Below are positions 8,521 through 14,773 of a stretch of DNA of 14,773 nt, one piece after another. Position numbers and translations under genes: made by a program. Every line of letters begins with the position of its first letter. Position 1 is the first letter of the stretch. Source of the stretch: Escherichia phage vB_EcoM-640R3; sequence record ON470613. The stretch is one strand, 5' to 3'. The notes beneath the pieces are model-generated. The model was given only the letters and a program-made list of their open reading frames with translations, had not been told where the DNA came from and ran no database searches.

Positions 8521-8950
8521 TGCCGTCACGGTGCTGAAAACTAACCCCGATATGCTGCGGATATTCGTGGATAACGGGAGTATTGCCTCCACACTGGCGA
8601 CGTCGCTGTCATTCGAAAAGCGTTACACGCTCAATGTGATTGTGACCGACTTTACCGGTGATTTTGACCTGCTCATTGTGCCGGTGCTGGCGTGGCTGCG
8701 GGAAAATCAGTCCGACATCATGACCACCGACGAAGGCCAGAAAAAGGGCTTCACGTTTTATGCAGACATCAACAATGACAGCAGCTTTGATATCAGCATC
8801 AGCCTGATGCTGACCGAGCGCACGCTGGTCAGTGAGGTGGACGGCGCACTGCATGTGAAGAATATCCCGGAACCCCCGCCGCCGGAGCCGGTTACCCGCC
8901 CGATGGAGCTGTATATCAATGGCGAACTGGTGAGCAAGTGGGATGAATGA
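8483..8950 (+). CDS. R: Tail completion protein, P2 gpR-like
   Basis: 155-aa ORF in the P2 gpR position, overlapping the lysC 3' end and the S start. Confidence 0.8.
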   Translation: MLKPDSLRRALTDAVTVLKTNPDMLRIFVDNGSIASTLATSLSFEKRYTLNVIVTDFTGDFDLLIVPVLAWLRENQSDIMTTDEGQKKGFTFYADINNDSSFDISISLMLTERTLVSEVDGALHVKNIPEPPPPEPVTRPMELYINGELVSKWDE

Positions 8951-9395
8951 GTTTAAGCGTTTTGAAGACCGGCTGGCCGGACTGACTGAATCGCTGTCAC
9001 CGTCAGGGCGTCGGCGGCTGAGTGCCGAACTGGCGAAACGTCTGCGGCAGAGTCAGCAGCGTCGGGTGATGGCACAGAAAGCCCCGGACGGCACACCCTA
9101 CGTGCCACGCCAGCAGCAGAGCGCCAGAAAAAAGACTGGTCGTGTTAAGCGAAAAATGTTTGCGAAACTTATCACCAATCGTTTTTTGCATATCCGCGCC
9201 AGCCCGGAGCAGGCATCAATGGAATTTTACGGCGGAAAGTCACCGAAAATCGCCAGTGTGCATCAGTTTGGTCTGTCGGAAGAAACCCGGAAAGACGGTA
9301 AGAAAATTGATTATCCGGCGCGTCCCCTGCTCGGCTTTACCGGTGAGGATGTGCAGATGATTGAAGAGATTATCCTGGCTCACCTCGACCGTTAG
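8943..9395 (+). CDS. S: Tail completion protein, P2 gpS-like
   Basis: 150-aa ORF overlapping R by 8 nt. Last gene before a 66-bp gap and V, as in P2. Confidence 0.8.
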   Translation: MNEFKRFEDRLAGLTESLSPSGRRRLSAELAKRLRQSQQRRVMAQKAPDGTPYVPRQQQSARKKTGRVKRKMFAKLITNRFLHIRASPEQASMEFYGGKSPKIASVHQFGLSEETRKDGKKIDYPARPLLGFTGEDVQMIEEIILAHLDR

Positions 9396-9427
9396 TTGTG
9401 CCATTCCTGACACCTCATCGTCACATT

Positions 9428-9449
9428 GCCGCCGGTATGACCCGGCGGC
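9428..9449 (+). terminator. GC-rich stem-loop between S and V (possible terminator or attenuator of the O-to-S operon)
   Basis: 8-bp perfect stem GCCGCCGG / CCGGCGGC with a 6-nt loop in the S-V intergenic gap. No clear downstream U-run, so intrinsic-terminator function is uncertain. P2 has an operon boundary and late promoter here. Confidence 0.3.
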
Positions 9450-9461
9450 ATCCTTCCCGTT

Positions 9462-10097
9462 ATGAACACTCTCGCAAATATTCAGGAACTCGCGCGCGCA
9501 CTGCGCAACATGATCCGCACCGGCATTATCGTCGAAACCGACCTTAATGCCGGTCGCTGCCGTGTGCAGACCGGCGGCATGTGCACCGACTGGCTTCAGT
9601 GGCTGACCTGTCGTGCCGGGCGTTCGCGCACATGGTGGGCACCTTCCGTGGGGGAACAGGTGCTGATTCTGGCCGTGGGTGGTGAACTCGACACGGCGTT
9701 CGTTCTGCCGGGGATTTATTCCGGCGATAGCCCCGCGCCGTCTGCGTCGGCGGATGCCCTGCATATCCGTTTCCCTGACGGGGCGGTGATTGAGTATGAA
9801 CCCGAAACTAGTGCACTCACGGTAAGCGGAATTAAAACGGCCAGCGTGACGGCTTCTGATTCTGTTACTGCCAGGGTGCCTGTGGTCATGGTGAAAGCAT
9901 CAACCCGCGTCACCCTGGACACACCGGAGGTGGTCTGCACCAACAAGCTGATCACCGGCACGCTGGAAGTGCAGAAGGGCGGGACGATGCGCGGCAACAT
10001 TGAACACACCGGCGGTGAACTCTCATCAAACGGTAAGGTACTGCATACCCATAAACACCCAGGAGACAGCGGCGGCACAACCGGGAGTCCTCTATGA
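9462..10097 (+). CDS. V: Baseplate central spike protein, P2 gpV-like
   Basis: 211-aa ORF with a C-terminal His/Gly-rich apex (HTHKHPGDSGGTTGSPL). First gene of the V-W-J-I-H-G block. Confidence 0.85.
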   Translation: MNTLANIQELARALRNMIRTGIIVETDLNAGRCRVQTGGMCTDWLQWLTCRAGRSRTWWAPSVGEQVLILAVGGELDTAFVLPGIYSGDSPAPSASADALHIRFPDGAVIEYEPETSALTVSGIKTASVTASDSVTARVPVVMVKASTRVTLDTPEVVCTNKLITGTLEVQKGGTMRGNIEHTGGELSSNGKVLHTHKHPGDSGGTTGSPL

Positions 10098-10441
10098 CAG
10101 CACGTTATCTCGGAATGAATCGCAGTGATGGCCTGACTGTCACTGACCTTGAGCATATCAGCCAGAGTATCGGCGATATCCTGCGCACACCGGTCGGCTC
10201 ACGGGTGATGCGTCGTGATTACGGCTCGTTGCTGGCATCAATGATTGACCAGCCGCAGACCCCGGCGCTTGAGTTGCAGATTAAGGTCGCCTGTTACATG
10301 GCGGTGCTGAAATGGGAACCCCGCGTCACCCTGTCATCTGTCACCACTGAGCGCAGTTTTGAGGGGCGAATGACGGTCACGTTAACCGGTCAGCACAACG
10401 ACACCGGCCAGCCACTTTCGTTAACCATCCCTGTGAGTTGA
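10094..10441 (+). CDS. W: Baseplate wedge protein, P2 gpW-like (T4 gp25-like)
   Basis: 115-aa ORF overlapping the V stop (ATGA-type), in the P2 gpW position. Confidence 0.85.
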   Translation: MTARYLGMNRSDGLTVTDLEHISQSIGDILRTPVGSRVMRRDYGSLLASMIDQPQTPALELQIKVACYMAVLKWEPRVTLSSVTTERSFEGRMTVTLTGQHNDTGQPLSLTIPVS

Positions 10442-10445
10442 AACC

Positions 10446-11354
10446 ATGCCGATTATCGACCTGAACCAGCTACCCGCACCGGATGTGGTCGAGGAGCTGG
10501 ACTTTGAAACCATTCTTGCCGAACGCAAGGCGACACTGATTTCCCTTTACCCGGAAGACCAGCAGGAGGCGGTCGCCCGTACCCTGACGCTGGAATCTGA
10601 GCCTCTCGTCAAACTGCTGGAGGAAAATGCTTATCGTGAGCTTATCTGGCGTCAGCGTGTGAATGAGGCCGCACGGGCGGTGATGCTGGCCTGTGCAGCC
10701 GGTAATGACCTTGATGTGATTGGTGCCAATTACAACACCACACGCCTGACTATCACCCCGGCAGATGATTCGACCATCCCGCCGACACCGGCAGTGATGG
10801 AGTCTGACACCGATTATCGTCTGCGTATTCAGCAGTCATTTGAGGGCTTAAGCGTCGCCGGGTCGGTGGGAGCCTATCAGTATCATGGTCGCAGTGCCGA
10901 CGGGCGTGTCGCGGATATCTCTGTCACCAGTCCGTCTCCGGCCTGCGTCACCATCTCCGTGCTGTCACGTGAAAATAACGGTGTCGCATCCGAAGACCTG
11001 CTGGCCGTGGTGCGTAACGCCCTGAATGGCGAGGACGTCAGACCGGTGGCCGACCGCGTGACCGTGCAGTCCGCCGCCATCGTTGAATACCAGATAAACG
11101 CCACGCTTTACCTTTACCCTGGTCCCGAAAGCGAACCCATTCGCGCTGCCGCCGTGAAAAAACTGGAAGCGTATATCACGGCACAGCACCGGCTGGGGCG
11201 CGACATCCGTCTGTCTGCCATTTATGCCGCTTTGCATGTGGAAGGCGTGCAGCGTGTCGAGCTGGCCGCACCACTGGCCGACATTGTGCTCAACAGTACG
11301 CAGGCGTCTTTCTGCACCGAATACAGCGTCGTGACCGGAGGCTCGGATGAGTGA
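10446..11354 (+). CDS. J: Baseplate assembly protein, P2 gpJ-like
   Basis: 302-aa ORF in the P2 gpJ position and size. Confidence 0.85.
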   Translation: MPIIDLNQLPAPDVVEELDFETILAERKATLISLYPEDQQEAVARTLTLESEPLVKLLEENAYRELIWRQRVNEAARAVMLACAAGNDLDVIGANYNTTRLTITPADDSTIPPTPAVMESDTDYRLRIQQSFEGLSVAGSVGAYQYHGRSADGRVADISVTSPSPACVTISVLSRENNGVASEDLLAVVRNALNGEDVRPVADRVTVQSAAIVEYQINATLYLYPGPESEPIRAAAVKKLEAYITAQHRLGRDIRLSAIYAALHVEGVQRVELAAPLADIVLNSTQASFCTEYSVVTGGSDE

Positions 11355-11958
11355 TTCGCGCCTGCTGCCGACCGGCTCATCACCGCTTGAAGTTGCCGCC
11401 GCAAAAGCCTGTGCGGAAATTGAAAAAACGCCGGTCAGTATTCGTGAACTGTGGAACCCGGATACCTGTCCGGCAAATCTGCTGTCGTGGCTGGCGTGGT
11501 CATTTTCGGTTGACCGCTGGGATGATAAGTGGCCGGAAGCGACAAAACGCGCTGTTATCCGCGATGCGTATTTCATTCACTGCCATAAGGGCACTATAGG
11601 CGCAATCCGGCGTGTGGTGGAGCCGCTCGGCTATCTGATTGAGGTGAGGGAGTGGTGGCAGCTCAACGAGGAACCGGGGACGTTCCGCATCGTTGTTGGC
11701 GTGCTTGAGCAGGGTATTACCGAGGAAATGTATCAGGAGCTGGAGCGTCTCGTTGCTGATGCAAAACCTGCAAGCCGCCATCTGACGGGACTGGCTATCA
11801 GTTTAAGTACAACCGGCAACATTTTTGCCGGTGCGGGATGCTATCACGGCGACGCCCTGACGGTTTATCCCTACACCCCGGAGGCCATTATTGTCGGAGG
11901 GGATTATTTCCCGGCCTCGGCCATTCATTTAATTGATAACCTGAGAGTAAACGCATGA
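11347..11958 (+). CDS. I: Baseplate protein, P2 gpI-like
   Basis: 203-aa ORF overlapping the J 3' end by 8 nt and the H start by 4 nt. Somewhat longer than the P2 gpI I recall (about 176 aa). Confidence 0.75.
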   Translation: MSDSRLLPTGSSPLEVAAAKACAEIEKTPVSIRELWNPDTCPANLLSWLAWSFSVDRWDDKWPEATKRAVIRDAYFIHCHKGTIGAIRRVVEPLGYLIEVREWWQLNEEPGTFRIVVGVLEQGITEEMYQELERLVADAKPASRHLTGLAISLSTTGNIFAGAGCYHGDALTVYPYTPEAIIVGGDYFPASAIHLIDNLRVNA

Positions 11959-13250
11959 CAGTGAAATACTACGCCATTCTGACTAATCAGGGCGCAGCAC
12001 GGCTGGCTAACGCGACGATGCTTGGCAGTAAGCTGAATCTGACGCAAATGGCCGTTGGTGATGCGAATGGTGTCTTGCCGACACCAGACCCGGCACAGAC
12101 AAAACTGATTAATCAGAAACGCATTGCACCGCTGAATCTTCTGAGTGTTGACCCGAACAACCAGAGCCAGATTATTGCGGAGCAAATCATCCCTGAGAAC
12201 GAGGGCGGATTCTGGATCCGTGAGATTGGGCTTTATGATGATGAAGGCGTACTCATTGCGGTGGCCAACTGCCCGGAAACGTACAAACCGCAGTTACAGG
12301 AAGGCAGTGGTCGTACCCAGACTATCCGCATGATTCTGGTTGTCACGAATATCGAAGCCATCACGCTGAAAATCGACCCGTCGGTGGTACTGGCGACCCG
12401 TAAATATGTGGATGATGAAGTCCTGGAATTAAGGCTGTATGTGGATGACCAGATGAGAAACCACATTGCCGCACAGGATCCTCATACCCAGTATGCACAG
12501 AAACATAATCCGACATTTACCGGAGAACCAAAAGCCCCGACGCCTGCCGCAGGAAATAACACCACGCGGATTGCGACCACTGAGTTTGTTCAGGCCGCTA
12601 TTACCGCTCTGATTAACGGCGCGCCAGCCACGCTGGACACACTGAAAGAAATTGCCGCAGCCATTAACAATGACCCGAAATTCAGCACCACTATTAACAA
12701 TGCGCTGTCAGGTAAGCAGCCACTGGATGAGACGCTGACTCATTTGAGCGGAAAGGATGTTGCCGGCCTTCTCGCATACCTTGGTTTGGGAGAAACGATA
12801 AATAGAGCCTCCAGAGCTATGCAGAAATCGGCTAATGGATCTGATATTTCTGATGTATCAGCCTTCCGAAATGCGCTCCAGTTAGGGACCGCTGCAACAC
12901 GAGATGTTGGAGCAGATAATGCCTCGAAGTTACTGGATTTAGACAGCTTCAGGTCAATGATGTCAGGTAATGGCTACATCTACATTCCATGCATTGCGAC
13001 GACAGGAAACCCGGTGAAACTTATGTTGCAGTGGGGAACGGTGGCAACACAAAAGGGAGCTGATGCTGGATATGCCTTACCATTTGCTTTTCCCTATGCA
13101 GGCTTGTTTGCGACCGGAAACCGTGGAACATCTGGCTACAATGCCGCGATGAATGTGCGTATTGCCAGCAGAACGCATATCAGTATTCAGAACTGGTCGC
13201 CATCCGGAGAGGGCACCGAAGATTGTTGTTTTATCGCGCTGGGGTATTAA
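11955..13250 (+). CDS. H: Tail fibre protein, P2 gpH-like constant N-terminal part fused to a variable receptor-binding C-terminal module
   Basis: 431-aa ORF. The N-terminal ~280 aa has the conserved P2 H / Mu S type tail-fibre N-terminus (...GFWIREIGLYDDEGVLIAVANCPETYKPQLQEGSGRTQTIRMILVV...). The C-terminal ~150 aa begins right after the recombination site at 12769-12794 and is AT-richer by eye. Confidence 0.85.
   Translation: MTVKYYAILTNQGAARLANATMLGSKLNLTQMAVGDANGVLPTPDPAQTKLINQKRIAPLNLLSVDPNNQSQIIAEQIIPENEGGFWIREIGLYDDEGVLIAVANCPETYKPQLQEGSGRTQTIRMILVVTNIEAITLKIDPSVVLATRKYVDDEVLELRLYVDDQMRNHIAAQDPHTQYAQKHNPTFTGEPKAPTPAAGNNTTRIATTEFVQAAITALINGAPATLDTLKEIAAAINNDPKFSTTINNALSGKQPLDETLTHLSGKDVAGLLAYLGLGETINRASRAMQKSANGSDISDVSAFRNALQLGTAATRDVGADNASKLLDLDSFRSMMSGNGYIYIPCIATTGNPVKLMLQWGTVATQKGADAGYALPFAFPYAGLFATGNRGTSGYNAAMNVRIASRTHISIQNWSPSGEGTEDCCFIALGY
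12769..12794 (+). repeat. Left crossover site of invertible tail-fibre segment (hix/gix-like 26-bp site inside H)
   Basis: TTCTCGCATACC-TT-GGTTTGGGAGAA. Its inverted partner at 14720-14745 shares 21/26 positions, including an identical 14-bp arm TTGGTTTGGGAGAA in the same codon phase (encodes LGLGE in H, VGLGE in the minus-strand ORF). Confidence 0.65.
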
Positions 13251-13252
13251 GA

Positions 13253-13669
13253 ATGAATAAATTTTATAAAGGCTCTTTCTATCCGAAAGCACTAAAAGAG
13301 GTATATATCAGCGCCGGTTCATGGCCTGAAAATGGCGTTGATGTTGATGATGAAACAATAGCAATTTACACAGGCGTAGCGCCAGAAGGCAAAACGCTGG
13401 GGGCTGATAAAAATGGTAATCCTGCATGGATTGATATCCCGCCACTCTCCGCTGAACAACAGATTATTCAGGCTGAACAGAAAAGAACGGTATTGCGTTC
13501 AATGGCTGATAAGGAAATAGTCTGGAGACAGGATGCTTTTGATGCGGAAATCGCGACGGCAGAAGAAACCGCCGCGTTGTCTGAATGGAAAAAATATCGG
13601 GTCTTACTGATGCGCGTTGATACATCAAATCCCGTCTGGCCTACGCCTCCGGGGGAGCAGGCCAATTGA
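13253..13669 (+). CDS. G: Tail fibre assembly chaperone, P2 gpG-like
   Basis: ORF 13223..13669. Chosen start is ATG at 13253 (MNKFYKG...), 138 aa, 3 nt after the H stop. C-terminus ends in the WPTPPG motif typical of tail-fibre assembly proteins. Confidence 0.8.
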   Translation: MNKFYKGSFYPKALKEVYISAGSWPENGVDVDDETIAIYTGVAPEGKTLGADKNGNPAWIDIPPLSAEQQIIQAEQKRTVLRSMADKEIVWRQDAFDAEIATAEETAALSEWKKYRVLLMRVDTSNPVWPTPPGEQAN

Positions 13670-14261
13670 TATCCGGCGCGGTGCTGGTATCAGTTACCGT
13701 CACCGCGTCAATGTAATCCAGCACGACGTTAAGCCGGGTGGTTTCTGTCTGCGTCAGTTTTCGCCCGGCCTGCAATTTCAGTTGAATCAGATTAATGGAA
13801 GCCATTGCAGTATCAATCAGTGACTGTCGCTGTGTTTCTGCCGCGCCTACTGCGGCGCTATGCTGTGCCTCAGTATCTGTCACCCATTTCTCACCATCCC
13901 ATTCATCGTATGGCGTTAACGGGGCGACAGTGGTTGTGTTTTCAGGGTAATCCCCCGGAGTGGTGATTTCTGCTGCCTCACGGGTTTCTGTGTTATAGAC
14001 TGTCTCACCCCGATGGTCCGGCACGTACTCCCACGCGGTCAGGTCGGCTGTGCGGCAAATTGCATAACCAGCCCGCCTTTCCCCGGGGGCATCAGTGCAT
14101 GAATGTGCAGGAAGGCCAACGCCCACAGCCAGATATTCGGTTGACGTGCAAAGGTATTCCCGCGTCTTATTATCGTAGCTGTGGACAACAACCTCTCCTG
14201 CAACTGTTGCCAGCCGCGATTCATTCAGCACCGCTGTAGTCATGGTTTTCTTGCTCATCAT
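13641..14261 (-). CDS. Alternative tail fibre assembly chaperone (Tfa/U'-like), minus strand
   Basis: 206-aa ORF ending in INWPAPPEA, the conserved tail-fibre-assembly C-terminal motif. Its start ATG overlaps the stop of the upstream minus-strand fibre ORF (ATGA), and its 3' end overlaps the G 3' end by 29 bp, convergent. Confidence 0.8.
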   Translation of the reverse strand: MMSKKTMTTAVLNESRLATVAGEVVVHSYDNKTREYLCTSTEYLAVGVGLPAHSCTDAPGERRAGYAICRTADLTAWEYVPDHRGETVYNTETREAAEITTPGDYPENTTTVAPLTPYDEWDGEKWVTDTEAQHSAAVGAAETQRQSLIDTAMASINLIQLKLQAGRKLTQTETTRLNVVLDYIDAVTVTDTSTAPDINWPAPPEA

Positions 14262-14773
14262 GCAGCCCTTACGATGTAGTTAAATGCAATGTTACGTGGC
14301 CTTGCATAACCCAGATACTGAATCCCCCAGGCTCCCACTGGAACGGGGTTCCAGATATGTTCTGTAGGTATACTTTTCGCTCTGAGAATATCTGAATTGG
14401 TTTCAGTTTTATCCCATCCCAGCAGGGCAATGTCGTTTACCGAAAACTGCACCACGCTGTCGGGTGATATATTGGCTTCCTGAACCAGATAAGAGCCTTT
14501 TTGCCACGACAACAACGTCCGGCTACTGTCCACTCCGCGCCCGTCATCCCAGCCACGAATAAATTCACCACGTAAATCAGGCAATATATTTGTCGGGTAA
14601 GCCTTTGCCAGTTCCGGGTATTCTTCAGCAGAAAATGCCGCCCCGTTGCATTTCAGCCAGCCTGTTGGCAGTGTGGCTGAAGGCCACGGAACAGGCACAC
14701 CAACGGGTAATACAGAGCCTTCTCCCAAACCAACGTTTATGAAAATGCAGAGATAACGGGCAAGTGGCATCAT
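14258..14773 (-). CDS. Alternative tail-fibre C-terminal receptor-binding module with phage tail-collar-like domain (Sv'-like); promoterless cassette, 5' end at or beyond the window edge
   Basis: 171-aa minus-strand ORF open to the window end. The motif LPTGWLKCNGAAFSAEEYPELAKAYP resembles the phage tail collar domain. The crossover site lies at codons 10-18, so the functional product is predicted only after inversion fuses it to the H N-terminus. Confidence 0.7.
   Translation of the reverse strand: MMPLARYLCIFINVGLGEGSVLPVGVPVPWPSATLPTGWLKCNGAAFSAEEYPELAKAYPTNILPDLRGEFIRGWDDGRGVDSSRTLLSWQKGSYLVQEANISPDSVVQFSVNDIALLGWDKTETNSDILRAKSIPTEHIWNPVPVGAWGIQYLGYARPRNIAFNYIVRAA
14720..14745 (-). repeat. 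Right crossover site of invertible tail-fibre segment (hix/gix-like)
   Basis: Plus strand reads TTCTCCCAAACC-AA-CGTTTATGAAAA; minus strand reads TTTTCATAAACG-TT-GGTTTGGGAGAA. The AAACC-AA-(C/G)GTTT core resembles the Hin/Gin/Cin/Pin site architecture as I recall it. Confidence 0.65.

Larger units (their letters stand above)
12783..14731. other. Putative invertible DNA segment (Mu G-segment-like tail-fibre host-range switch), about 1.95 kb
   Basis: Bounded by the two inverted 26-bp sites. Contains the variable 3' part of H, G (tfa), a convergent tfa' and a promoterless fibre C-terminus, the same layout as Sv-U / U'-Sv' in Mu. Inversion at the central dinucleotide would fuse H codons 1-280 in frame to the collar-domain C-terminus. 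Confidence 0.6.

Noticed and set aside
9428-9449. Calling the S-V stem-loop a confident intrinsic terminator
   Set aside because: The stem is strong, but the 3' side (ATCCTTCCCGTT) lacks a clear U-run, so it is kept only as a low-confidence regulatory hairpin.
13641-14773. Alternative reading of the minus-strand tfa' and fibre fragment as a decayed remnant of a second prophage
   Set aside because: The 26-bp inverted site pair with an identical 14-bp arm in matching codon phase, the intact ORFs and the ATGA coupling argue for a functional invertible cassette rather than random debris. This remains to be confirmed by finding the invertase.
1-14773. Defence system, toxin-antitoxin pair, CRISPR array, tRNA or insertion sequence within the window
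   Set aside because: Every ORF with coding support maps to a canonical P2 late gene or to the tail-fibre switch. I found no direct-repeat/spacer arrays, no tRNA-like cloverleaf candidates, and no transposase-like ORF or terminal inverted repeats other than the hix-like pair.

Overview
This window is the late (packaging, capsid, lysis, tail) half of a P2-like temperate myovirus genome or prophage, probably from an enterobacterium; I see no defence or other cargo system in it. It starts 12 bp before a P2-type cos sequence and holds, in canonical P2 order, Q and P on the minus strand, then O, N, M, L, X, the lysis cassette (Y, K, lysA, lysB, lysC), R, S, V, W, J, I, H and G on the plus strand. 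All family assignments are from my recollection of P2 proteins and gene order, not from a database search. The one non-canonical feature is at the 3' end: a second tail-fibre module on the minus strand (a tail-fibre-assembly gene and a promoterless fibre C-terminus) converging on H-G. H and this module each contain a 26-bp site that form an inverted pair (21/26 identical, 14-bp identical arm, same reading frame across the core), which I read as a Mu G-segment-like invertible host-range switch of about 1.95 kb. No invertase gene is in the window; I predict it lies just beyond position 14773. An 18-N gap interrupts the portal gene.
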